A stretch of 64,000 nt of DNA from Vicugna vicugna (taxonomy: Eukaryota), in the NCBI GenBank assembly GCA_013265495.1, contig MU058636.1:2837967-2901966 (forward strand), read 5' to 3'. Below, in pieces: positions 10,626-23,400 of the stretch; the first letter of the stretch is position 1; each line of letters starts with the position of its first letter. Both the position numbers and the translations under genes were made by a program. The notes under the pieces were generated by a model. The model was not told where the DNA came from. It made no database searches and saw only the letters and a program-made list of their open reading frames with translations.

Positions 10626-11936
10626 CTTCCTCTATAGTCACTTTAAAGCTTATAGTTTGATCTCCCATAATCAGCACAGGAAGGAAGTTAAGGCCAGTTT
10701 TCAATATGATGGAATTACATGTAAATACTGAAAAAACATTCACTATTTCCAATTCCTTAATCCCTTAAACATACCAGTCATATTCGGACACACAGTGTCC
10801 CTTAACCTGAGCATGTGATTGCTCTCAGGAATGTGGAATTACAAAACAAATGTGTTAAGTAATGAAAAACTAGCTCTCTTTCATAGTATAATATTAATCC
10901 ACAAAACTAAGCACACTTTGTTTGCCATGGGGATAAATACTACTAACCATTCATTCATTTAAGATGGTCAGATGCCTTCCCAATGGCTACTGGACAAGTC
11001 CCTGGGGTACCACTGCGACGGGCACTGTGTCTTAATTTACAAAAGAGACCCACTGCTCTACTCACACCTGGGAAGGAACCAGCTACTTTGTCCCCCAAAC
11101 CAGCCAGGAACCAGGAGCCAGCTCTCCACTCCCTGGGTGTGCGTCCGCACTCCCTCACCTCCCTGAGCCTCCGCTGCCAGAGTGTGCAGTGGGAGAGCCC
11201 TGCCTCTGGGCCAGGAAATGCAAGCAAAGGAGGAAACAGAAAGCAGACAGTGGTCTCCTCTCACGGCTCCCTTTTCTTATTCAAGGGCCCTTGGAACATA
11301 TGCCGCTCAAAGGGTTTCACCAATTTCATCTCTCAAAACTGCCCTCCTGGCGAGGAACCTGTGATTTGATCGGATAAACCTCCCCTGGACCTGCCACTGT
11401 TGATCAGCTTAGGGGTCACGGCTCACCAGCGACACCCTCAGTGTCTCCTGGGGGACAAGCGGCACGTTTTACAAAACGTTGACCAGAAGGATTCTCATTT
11501 TCCAAAGAATTCATGAGCTAAGGAGATGCATGGACGGTGAATTTCCAGTACCAACCAGAGGTCACCTGGCTTGTACCATGTAAGACACCAAACCACCAAG
11601 GTCTACTCAGGACATTTGGGAAAGGGGGAAAGACACAGCACTTTGAAGGAACAGTGTGTGGTCTCAGCTCTGCCCAGCAAGATGATAATAATAATTTAAA
11701 ATAATCAAACTTTCGGAGAATTCCATCACATCCTCCATAAAACTGGCCCCTGTCTTTTGTCAAAAGGGCAGTTAGCTACCTTGCAATAAACCAGCTTCCA
11801 AGGGTAAAAATCAAATGTTAACAAGACCAGTTACAACTCCTCACAGACCTGCACAGACCTCAGTCAGGGTATCTCCCTAGGGAATGATAGCTCAACTGTT
11901 AAAATACTGGCACGTGAAAATCATTCCAGTTCTTAC

Positions 11937-12076
11937 CAGCAATGGCACCTGAGGTTAACGTGGCGATTATTGGTGTTTTGGTTCTATTGTTGATTCTGGC
12001 CAAAAATTTAAATAGCAGCCCATCTTCAGCCATGGCATAGATAACTCGAGGCATGGGAAACATGGAACCTAAAAGA
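11937..12076 (-). CDS. SLC7A1: SLC7A1 exon 8 ([47 protein letters not shown])
   Basis: Acceptor cccatccag|T, donor G|gtaaga, 140 nt. Confidence 0.97.
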
Positions 12077-12721
12077 CTGGATGGGAAGAAAAGGCAAAAT
12101 GCACCTGTTAAATAGCTCACCGAGAACAGAGGCACCATAGTGGGGCCACGCGGGTTACCTCCGCCCGGTGACGCCAGCGGCTGAAAGGCCAACCAGCGCG
12201 CCAACCCCGGGAGAAGCGCGCGCTGCAAGTCCGCAGGAAGGGAAAGGGCGGAAGCGTCTGATGTCAGCTAGCGTGGCATCTAGATGTAATTTTTTGAAAG
12301 AGAAATATTGTATTTATTTATTCCTCCGAGTATTTCCAGCTGAATCAAACAGAAACTAAGAGCATCACTGCGTTCACGAGGATTCCTCTGTGGTCAGTCG
12401 ATACTGAGCAAACGCTTCCTGCAGGTACAGGCTGGCAGGAAGTACGGGAGCAAAATGCTTCTCATCCAAAGGCACTTACTCCCCTTTTCAAGGTAACTTC
12501 CACTTTACAGCCAAACTAAGGGCCAAAATACAGTGTTCGCAGAGGAGGCCTGGTCGGTGGTCACAGTCGGGACAGAGAGCCAGGTCAGTGACGCAGACCG
12601 TGGTCGGGTGACCGACGCAGCAATGAGGGCAGAGAGCACACGGCCAGGCTGGGCAGCGGCTCTGCGCACCCGAGTGAGTCACACAGACAGCACACCCGCC
12701 CTCCGGGGGTGTCCTCCTCAC

Positions 12722-12944
12722 CTGGTGGAAAGGGCACAGAGGGAGCCGACTGCCACCGCGTACTTGGCGCCCTCCCATCCCACGTGCTTGAAGGCATCAG
12801 GCAGGGGGCTGTCCTTGTCCAGACAGAAGTATGGCATCATGAGCGTGAGGGCGGCCGACACCCCGAAGTAGGCGACGAAGCAGATGAGCAGGGACGCCAC
12901 GATGCCCACAGGGATGGCCTTCTGGGGGTTCTTGACCTCCTCCC
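12722..12944 (-). CDS. SLC7A1: SLC7A1 exon 7 ([12 protein letters not shown]...GSLCALST)
   Basis: Acceptor ctcttccag|GG, donor AG|gtgagg, 223 nt. Confidence 0.97.
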
Positions 12945-13457
12945 CTGGAAGAGCAGGGAGTCAGCCGGGGGGCAGCAGGGGTGAGGGGGTCACACCACCA
13001 TGGGCCCCCAGACGTGCACGGCCCTGCGGGACCACGGACCAGAATACCCACCAGGCCCAGGGAGCATTCTCAGCCTTTACACTGCGGTTCAGCAGGGAAG
13101 AGACTAGTTTCCTTTGGCAGAGAAAACGTGGGAGGCTGGGGGAGCCTGGCCAGTCATCCCCCAAGAGGACAGTATTTCTAGTGGCCCCGCTTCTCCCGAA
13201 TGGTGCCCAGATATGCAATCAGCTGCAGCGAGGCTGTCACTGTCCCGGGCACGTGGCAGCACGGCCAGGCATGTTTGTGATGCAGTTTCCTGCAGATACG
13301 GCCCTTCAGGGACGTGACAAATGGGGGCAGATGGACAGGAAGCTACAAATTACACGGGCCTCTTGGGTGCCAGCGTGGGCACCGGTGCAGGCCCCCAGGG
13401 AGGGAAACAGCGGCTGTGGCCAGAGAAGCCCAGCTGCATGCCAGGCGGCGGGCGTAC

Positions 13458-13579
13458 CTGTGGTCGCGATGCAGTCGAAGCCCACGAAGGCGTAGAAGCA
13501 GGTGGCCGCCCCTGACAGGACACCAGAGAACCCGAAGGGCATGAATCCACCGACACCTGGATTCCCCACCTTCGTGTCA
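13458..13579 (-). CDS. SLC7A1: SLC7A1 exon 6 ([40 protein letters not shown])
   Basis: Acceptor ttttctag|T, donor G|gtacgc, 122 nt. Confidence 0.97.
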
Positions 13580-14596
13580 CTAGAAAAAAGAGCCACAGGG
13601 ATCACAGCAGCTGCTTCGTGGGCCTGAAGAGGAGCCCTTCCGAACAGGCGCCCCACCCGATGGCTCCCTCGGTGGCCTGGGGGCTGCCTTAGTGAACAGC
13701 CCCCGGATCGGCTGTACCGGCCACCAACTCCCTCCCTGGGGGACAGGCCTCCCTGCTCAGCGTGGCCCAGAGCTGCAGGGTGTCCAACCCAAAGGGGGAG
13801 GAACCACTCACCAAGACTTCAGTTCCTCCCCTTCATGGGGAGGAGCTGTCTTGAACCCTGGGGTGACCCTGGGGATGTGGCCACAGACAAAGCCACCGGA
13901 TGCAAGAACTGGCTTCCTGGACCAGGGAAGCGGTGTGCTGGACTGACCGCCCACAGACGTGGACTAAAAGAACTAAACCTTTGTCTCGTGGAAGCCAGTG
14001 TTATCTGGGGGCTTCCATCCTAACCGACAGGAAGACCCAACAGAACTTTCTCAGCAGGTGTCTGTGCCCTGCTGATGCTCCCCTCCCCCTGCACTGGGTC
14101 CCCATCCACGGGACACAGTGGGAAAACCAGAGGCAGCACAAGTCAAAGGCAGCCAGGAAATATCTGGGCACAGGATCACGCTTCTCCCCTGACCACGAGA
14201 CAGCCTGCCTCCCAGGCCGAAGGGGATGAACACCACAGCCAGGGCGGTCAGAGCCGCCTCCCACCCATGCGGGCCGGGGCTCCTCCTCGCCCTGCGGTTG
14301 GGTCGGGAACTGCTCCACCCTTTCAGGGAGACAAGCAGTTTCATGAAAGTCCACGTGGCCGCTGTCAGAAACACAGCTACGGCTGGAAAGAGGACGGAAG
14401 AAAGAAGCTCCCAGGTTCTAATAAAATGAGAGAGCAGGCTGCGCCCAGCCGCACAGCACCCACCTCTCAAAGCCGCCGCGGCAGCGCTCCTGGGGCTGCG
14501 GGCAGGGCTGAGCCGAGGGCCGCACCCGTGACAGTCAGCACCACCCACGGGCACAAGCCACCTCTTCAAAACAGGACTCAAACTAAACCTTGGCCG

Positions 14597-14738
14597 ATAA
14601 CCAGGAACCTGCATTGGGTCCTGCCCTGTGAACGGCACCAATGGCCGGGACCCTGCATTGGGTCTGGGTCCTGCCCTGTGAACGGCACCAATAACCAGGA
14701 ACCTGCACTGGGTCGGGGTCCTGCCCTGTGAACAGCCC
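14597..14738. repeat. Tandem repeat, 3 copies of a 44-50 bp unit
   Basis: ataaccaggaacctgcattgggtc(tgggtc)ctgccctgtgaacggcacca; copies start at 14597, 14641 and 14691. Confidence 0.9.
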
Positions 14739-15184
14739 AGGAAGAGAGGCTCCCCAAGCTTCCAGTCTCCTGCGTTACTTCGAAGCATGTTTCAGACTGG
14801 CCTTACTCCACCCTGCATTAACGGGCACCAAGAGGCCTCAGGAATGCTTGGGGATGATGTATTCAAAGCCCTCATTTCTCTTATGAGGAAAAAGAGATTA
14901 CTTGCTGAGTCTGACAATGATCCTCAACTGTGTACAATTTTGGAATTAGATGCAGATTCTGCTTTCCCTAATATCTTCCCCTGTCTTACAATGTTCAGTC
15001 AAGTACAAGGACATAAAACCTAACACAAACTTCAGACAAATAAAACACCCTCAGCTACTTGGCTGCAAAAAATAAATAACAAAATATTCTAATTTAAATT
15101 ATATTTTTTAGAAAAGACTTGTACTGTTGTAGCCAGTTACATCCCCCAAGGACATGGACGTCACACACAGAAGCCACGACTCAC

Positions 15185-15359
15185 TTGTTCAAGCAGAGAT
15201 GACTGGACGCGTTCTGGAAATCCTCCTCCGTGAGCTGCCAGTTTTTAACGGATCCTTTCACAAACCCCGACACCATGATGAAGCCCAGGACCAGAACGTT
15301 GACACATGTGAATATTTTATTGACCATGGCTGACTCTTTCACACCCAGAGTTAAAAGCC
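15185..15359 (-). CDS. SLC7A1: SLC7A1 exon 5 ([15 protein letters not shown]...[11 protein letters not shown])
   Basis: Acceptor tttttgcag|GG, donor AA|gtgagt, 175 nt. Confidence 0.97.
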
Positions 15360-17003
15360 CTGCAAAAAGCACATGAACAGAAAACTCTGTCTCAGCGTTA
15401 ACCTCGTACCAGGCAAGTCCTTCTGGGGCGGCGACGAGAGGGTGACTTCAGAAATCCCAGCAGCATCAAACCTCTGGAGAGGAAGGGGGCTGAATTAACT
15501 CTCATTCCAGAGTCAGGGATCAGCATATCCGAAGTCCGCGCGATGTTTAACAAAGCCAGCAGAGTTCCATCTCCAGATGCCCTCTGAATCGAGATGCTAA
15601 CCCGGGGGGCACCGAGGGACAGAGAGACGGGGACAGCTCAGCCAACGGCCCATAGAGAGCAAGGCCATCCCCTGGGATGAAGAGAACCTCTCCCTCCGAA
15701 CATACATCCCTGAGAACTGCCCTCAGGAGCAGGATTTCATTTCCTCCAAGGAGATATGTTGCTCAGTTTCTCAGCCGAATGAGTTTTTCAGATGAGGACT
15801 CATTCGTACGTACCGTAGGGTGGGAGCAGCATCAGCAGTGACGGCCGTCTGGGGTGTGGAACCCCTACCACGTCCGGGTCCCCCTTGGACGCAGTGCACA
15901 GAGACGAGGTGTAGGAGGTAAACCCATGATAAAAAAAACCACCAAGCGATAAAAACACAGGGGCCATGTGACGACACTTGTCGTGTTGCTGGTGCAGCAG
16001 GACCAACCTGGGGACCACAGGGCTCACTCCTGTATGAACTCTCGGCTGGGCAAGAGAAGAGGTGTGGGAGGTGCCTTTCATATGCTTTAAAATAAAAGCT
16101 GCTCTGCCTAACAGGCTGCATTCTGAAATACGGACATTAGAAGAGAACTGAGCAATTCATCACAGGGAAGACGTCACCACACTCCGCTCTGTTTCTTCTT
16201 TAGCACCCCTCCCTCCCGTGTTTACGAAAATCTCACTACTGCAAACTTAGTTTCTGACACACGTTCCTGCCGGCTAGACCACAAACACTGCTGAGACCAG
16301 CCTGTGCAGAACCACATCAATGATGCGTGTGGCAAACAAGCCGTGTTGTTTTTAACACCCATCCAAGATCTTCCAACCTCAGAGGAGAATTTATCCGCGT
16401 TTCAGCTTAATCTTTACCCTACAAAACTCGCATCCGAGGGGCTGAGACACGGATAAATGTCACTGAGAAGAGGCTGCCATCAGCTGTGTACGAGCCACGT
16501 CTGCACTTCCAAAATTCTGGACCAGCAGCTTTGTGGTGAAACTTATTTATTTAAAGGGTGTTTTGACGGCTGTTGGGTGTGAAGCCACCCGAGGCGTCGC
16601 ACACACCAAGACCCACATCAGTGTCCCAGACGGCCCTGGGGGCCCCTCCCCATCACCCTGGCTGAGGAACCCCAACTTTTCTTTCCAAGTGGCCATCCAG
16701 CAGGTCAAAAGATTTGCACAAAAAGCCTGCAGCACTAACAAAGTCTTACTCCACCAGCAGTTAACCAAACAGCTGAGATTCTCTTAATTTAAATGACAGG
16801 CAACTTGACAGCTATTCAATAGGCCAGTCCTGGGTGAATCTCTATAAGCCACTTGGACAAACAAAACGTCTGCATTAATTACACAAAGAAAAAGAAGTGG
16901 CGGGATGGGAGAATGAGAAAAGGAAGAAACCAACTGAACAGCAGCCCGTCCTCCACCTCGGAGCCCTCACGCCAACCTGATGCCTCTCAGGGTGCGGCCT
17001 TAC

Positions 17004-17162
17004 CTGTTAGGATGAGAATTATAATCACAGCAAATATATCTGGGTTCTCGGCCAGCACCCCGGGGGCGTGCAGGGCCATGTGCGTCCGCGAGAACTCCCC
17101 GATGGGCTTGCCGATCAGCTCGTCAAACGTGGCGCTCCAGGCTCTGGCAACGCTGGAGGTAC
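17004..17162 (-). CDS. SLC7A1: SLC7A1 exon 4 ([18 protein letters not shown]...IIILILT)
   Basis: Acceptor cttcccggcag|GT, donor G|gtaagg, 159 nt. Confidence 0.97.
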
Positions 17163-18972
17163 CTGCCGGGAAGCACACCGTCAGCAGGAACTGGCGGGGA
17201 ACGTCGAGCAGAGGGCTTGTCCTCAGGCTCGATGTCTGGGCGACGGCGCGGGGCCCACGGCGGGTGTGCAGGGACCTGGAGGCAGCAGCCTGACCCCGGG
17301 ACATGCTGACTCAGGACCGAGCGCCAGCCCGGGTCTGCAGAGCAGTGGGAAGCCTGGGGAGCCTCGCATTTTGCATCCAACCAATGTGCACATGTGTACC
17401 GTGCATTTCTATTGTGTGTCTAAGTGAACAGTGACGGAAGTTCAGGAAAATAATGCTCCCCTCAGCACCCAAAGGCACTCCGACAGCACTGAATTCTGCC
17501 GACTTTATTCCATCACATAAAGAACTCCCGGGGACGAGCCATTCAATTGATTTCATGGCCGCCCCTGGCTACAGGCTGCAGGCTGTGACCTGAGCCTCAT
17601 TTCTCTGGAAGCTTCTTCTCCAAGACTCTCTGGGCAGCGGAGCTGACAGAGCCGGCCTCCTGTATGGAGGAGGAGATGGACAAGGGGGGCTCGGGCCGGC
17701 CCCTCCTCTGCAGCAAAGTCCCCAGCTCAACCCGGCAGGCCCCCGTCCCCTCTGGCAGGCGTCCGCCACCGCTCAGGCGTCGCTCAAATTCCAGTATCGA
17801 CATACAGCATTTTCCTTTACTTTTTAAGGGGCCTTGCCAGTGACTATGTTCTGGACCATCCACAGCATCTGGCCAGAGTAACCTGCAGACACTCACTTTC
17901 ACTACTTGGTCTCATGCAAAGCATTTTTCCAACAACTCAAAAGCGTAAGCACATTTCTCCATCCTCAGTAGCTGGGCCATTATGCATTCTGTCCATCAAG
18001 GCCGCACCCAGTGACAGCAAAGGCTCAGAGGCCTGCTTGCTGCTGAGAGGGCCACGCGACAGGGCTGCCCGGCCTTTCCTTCCAGCCTACCTCTCCCCAT
18101 CTCGGAATCATGGCTTTAAAAATAAACATGTTTGATGGAAAAGCTGCCCTCGCCCAGGACCATGGCTGAGAATCGCCGGCGGTGACGTGGGGACATGTCT
18201 GACGAGCAGACACCACCCCGGCCGAGGCCCCCTCGCCTGCAGGTCCGTAACCAGCGGGTGCCTCACGCCCCTCGATGTGTTTTACACGCAGTCAAATCCT
18301 CGGGAAGACAGCGGCCCCTTTAAAGTAGCTGCGTTCCACCCCGAGAGGCTGCAGCTCATGAGTGTCTGTGGTTTAAGCTCTGGTGTTACGCCGAGAGAAA
18401 CCACGATTAGGAATCTTATTTCCAACTCAGAAGAGTAGGCTCGCAGCAGGCGCTGGGAAGAAAGGGAGGCGTCGCCCAGAGCGCTTGGCGGGGCCCACAC
18501 GGGGACCTGGTGCTGGGGTCCCGCAGGCAGCACCGCCCTGGGCATCCCCAGGGCGCGGGTGCAGGAAGGGGGCACACAGCTCAGCCCCCCTACCTTACTG
18601 GGTTTTGATATTGTTACAATGAGCTTGCTGAAACAGAACCAGAATATTTCGTGGCCATCTGTGGTTCTATGTTTGTGACCCGCCATTCATAGATGGTTTT
18701 TCATACATTCAGGGGGTTTGTCTTTTAACTGGACGAGCTCAGCTTCGGCTATAATCAAAATACAAGTAATGTGAAAAGAAACAAAGCGTTTTAACCCACC
18801 AAACAAAAAAGACTGTTTTTAGTGTTTTTGTTTGTTGTTTGGTTGTTTTTAACGCTGATGCCCAGAGTCCAGAGTCGGCAAGGATGTGAGGAAAAGGGGC
18901 CCCTGGCTATCAGGAAGGTCGCAGGTAACACAGTCCCACTGACCCAGACAGCCCGCTTCTTAGACCATTTTA

Positions 18973-19077
18973 GTTTTATTTTTTTGTGTATTTACTTTCT
19001 ATGGTGGGACTGGGGATTGAACCCAGGACCTTGTGTATTAAGCAAGCACTCTACCACTGAGCTATACCCTCCCTCCT
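18973..19077 (-). mobile_element. tRNA-derived SINE, Vic-1-like (camelid), with 13-bp TSD
   Basis: Minus strand GGGAGGGTATAGCTCAGTGGTAGAG...GGTCCTGGGTTCAATCCCCAG shows A and B boxes and an A-rich tail. TSD ttagaccatttta at 18960-18972 and 19078-19090. Confidence 0.85.
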
Positions 19078-19419
19078 TTAGACCATTTTAAAGGGAAAAA
19101 AAACCAACCATGGCCATGCCAAAGACATTAAGTAATTAACTGTTTATAATAACAATGCAGCTGGAAACAATCTGAATATCCCACAATGACGTCAACTCAG
19201 TCACCTGCATATAAATCTATGTAAGGGGAACGCCATCATCAGGAGCACTACCCTGGAAAAACAGCTGATGCTATGAGGATGCTACGGTTACTGTATCTTG
19301 TTTATTTTTTTTAAAAAAAAAAAAGACACAATAGGAAAACTGATGCCCCTGGTTCACAAAAGCACTGACAATGGTTATACCCCTAAACGCCTTGAACAGA
19401 GGGCCCTGTCCCTCCAGTG

Positions 19420-19483
19420 TGCCCTAAACCTGGCATGACCTGGGCAGAGGAGGCATCGGTGACTGTCTGTTGAACGAATGAAC
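19420..19483 (+). mobile_element. L2 3' end fragment
   Basis: cctggca...gttgaacgaatgaac resembles the L2 (TGAA)n tail. Confidence 0.5.
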
Positions 19484-19572
19484 AAGAGAATCGATTTCTC
19501 CAGTCTGTCACACAGGGTAACTTCCACTTTCTTCTCTGTGCTTTTCTACATTTCCCAAATTTTTCTGCATCA

Positions 19573-20409
<837 letters not shown>

Positions 20410-23400
20410 TTAATGCTGACACCTGACAGCCCAGAACCCCAGGACCTGCCGTCAGAACATCCGCCCGCACTTCCAGGTCTCAGGCTACAGCAGCATGAGA
20501 ACCACCTGGGGGGCCAGCACAATGGCCACGACCCTGTGGTCTCGGAGCTGCCACTCTTAACTGAGAGTCTTCTAAGCAGAAAGAGCATGGGAAGCACAAA
20601 CGGAGGACCTCGTTCCTGCCCTCCGTACTCACACAGTTTACCAGGAGAAGCAAGATCCTATTCACGTGTGCTGTTGGGAAAGCAAACCCAACCGTATTTT
20701 AGTGTAATTATTAACACCCAGAAGCCTGGAATGGCAATGTTTTCTAGACCTTCCTGGGGCCCTCCGAGAGCAGGGACCAAGCTGTTTCCACTTTAACACA
20801 GAGTCAGGTCCAGAGCAGAGAAGCACTGAATTATTCCAGGTCAGGGCTCTCGTAACTGTCGCTGCTCCAGGAAGCACTCTTCCCCTGGACCAAAGTGTTA
20901 GCCCCAAGTGCTAAGATGATACACCCCCGATCACATTCTGAGAGGGGCCACGAGCACATGGCTCCTGGCACCCAATCTTCACCTGGGACCCATCCAGTGG
21001 GGGTCCCCAGAGGCCGCCCACATGGTGAACAGCATCCCAGGTCAGCGTTCAAGTCACTCTCCCGTGGCCACGGGCCAGTCACCAGTGAGTTCACTCCGGG
21101 GGGTGGGGCTGCCGGGAGCCCCAAGCAGGAGGAAAGCAGGTCCCCGTCCTTCCAAAGAGGACCGCATGGAAAAGGGAGAAGACACTAACCTCACCGGGGG
21201 AACCTGAGAGTCACCACCTCGGCCAGGTGGCCAAGGGCGACACTGACAGTGGTGACAGGTCACGCTGACTGTTGATGTGACGAGAAGGGCCCTGACCTCC
21301 ACAAGCTTCGTCCTCAAACCCATAACCCCCGTCTACTGAGAAGAAACAGCAAACAACCCACAGACGAGGAGCATTCTACAAAACAGCCGACTGACTGGCG
21401 GGTGTCATCAAAAACTGGAGAAGCCCGAGAACCTTTACCAGCAGGAGGAGCCTCAGGAGGCAGGACACGAAACCTAACATGGGACAGGATGGGATCCCAG
21501 AACAGAAGGAGGGCGGCAGGGAAAATTACGGAAATCTGAACAAAGTATGGACTCAGCTGTGTCCACCGCACTGATGGAAGATGTCAGTGACTGAGGAAGC
21601 TGGCGTGGGGCACACAGCAGCTCTCCATCCTATGGTCACAGCATTTCTATAAATCTGAAACTGTTCTAAAATAAAAGCTTAAAAAAACAGCGTGTGTAGG
21701 GATACGCTATCATCATGACTTTTAGCAACCTTTTAGCAACTAAAAATTCATCCTTATGATCAATCGGTATTTATTAACCTAACTCTGCTGCCATGAAGTC
21801 ACCAGAGAGCAAAGAGTCTAAATAAATGGGACAGCAGGTTCGACCACATCCACGCCTGACCACCTGGAACCCCGCCCATGCCCTGGAGGTCTGGCCCCTG
21901 CGCCGACCTCATGCCAGGGCCCCTCGGTGGGTCCCATCCTGGCTGGTGCCAGGTCACAGGGGAACAGGTGTCCCCTCTGTCTGACAGGTCAAGAGGGGAG
22001 AAAAACAGTTTCCCAAGACTCAAAGTTTTTAGCTCAAATGGGGAATAAAACTCATCTGATCTGGCCTCCTTCTTGTAAAGATGAAGAAAAACAACTCAGA
22101 GAGCCAAGTGTCAAACAGGGTCACAGAGCTCAGGAGGGACGAGGCCCTGGTGTCACCGGTGGGGAGGAAGTGATATCACCGGGCAGTGAGGAAGTGGAGG
22201 AAATGAGGGAAGGTGGCCTGATCTGTGCAGCAGCAGTGGAGCCAGAGAATCACAGACATGGGATCTGATAAGAGCAGAGAGCACAGGTGACAGAATGGGA
22301 GACCCGCACAGACAGCAGCGGCTCCCGGCTGGTCTGGGGGCATGACTGGCCAGGTTCTGAAAGCCGGGTCAGCGCTGAAGCGGGGGTGCCCAGCGAGGCC
22401 ACCGAGCCGGGGGAGCAGGACCTGCCTGGTCCTTTCTTCCCTCCAGGAGTCACCGGGATGTATTCCAGTCAGAGTGTGAGTCACAACAAAGCCTTTAACA
22501 AACAACTGCTTGGGTCCCAAGTCACGAGGGACGATGCATCCTTTCTGCACAGCCCTCACCAGGAGAGGCTAAGCTGGGGGCCTGCAAAAGCGCAGCGAGG
22601 AGCTTCTCAGCATCACCTGGGGAGGGCGGGAGTGTTTTAAGAAGCCAGGGACCTTAAAGGGAAGCAGCATATGAAAGCTCCCTGTCACCTGCACTGTTTG
22701 TAGCTTGGCTGGTAAACGTGACTCACGTTTAGAGAGTGCTTACCTGCTCCCATTCGCTCCTACGTGTACTTTCTGGTGAATAATAAACAGATTATCTCCC
22801 CCAAACAACAAAAGCCAAGTGCACAGCAAAGACACGGCAATGAAATAGCATTTTCTTTCCTCAGCTTCACAGAGTAAAGGGACCCAGGGGCCAGGAGGCC
22901 AGAGTGAGCTACTCGCTCCCTCGGGAAGACCAGACACACTCCATCTGGTCCACGGTTCACACACCTTCCTCAGGGTGCGCTGCCGTCTGGAGCAGAAGCC
23001 AGAGCTGTCAGCGACCCCACTGGGACACTTGGCGAGGGGCGCCCTGGAGGCTGGGAACACTGTCCTGAGAGCCCAGTGACATCACCTGAGGTGGGAACGA
23101 TGCCCCTGGACGGGCGGAGCTGCAGTCTATGTGTCACGTGCCCCTGGGGGTCACAGGCATGGGGAGGGCTTCCGTGGGCGGAGACCCTCTCCAAGAACCC
23201 CCTTACCAACCCTGGGGCCTCAGCATCATCTTCAGAAGAAAGAGGGCTGGTCACTGAATTCTGTAAATTTAGTTACAGATACTGGTTTTCAAATATATGT
23301 GAAAGGGACTTCTTGGTTGTGACCACAAACCATGACTCGCCGGGCGCAGCTGACTTCTTCGAAGTGGGGACACGGTGGCCCAGTTTCTCAGGAACAGTCC

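Noticed and set aside
14051-14788. Long opposing ORFs (245 and 218 aa) and a CRISPR-like look of the 14597-14738 repeat
   Set aside because: The ORFs are sustained by GC content and the tandem repeat. The repeats are head-to-tail with no unique spacers, in a mammalian intron.
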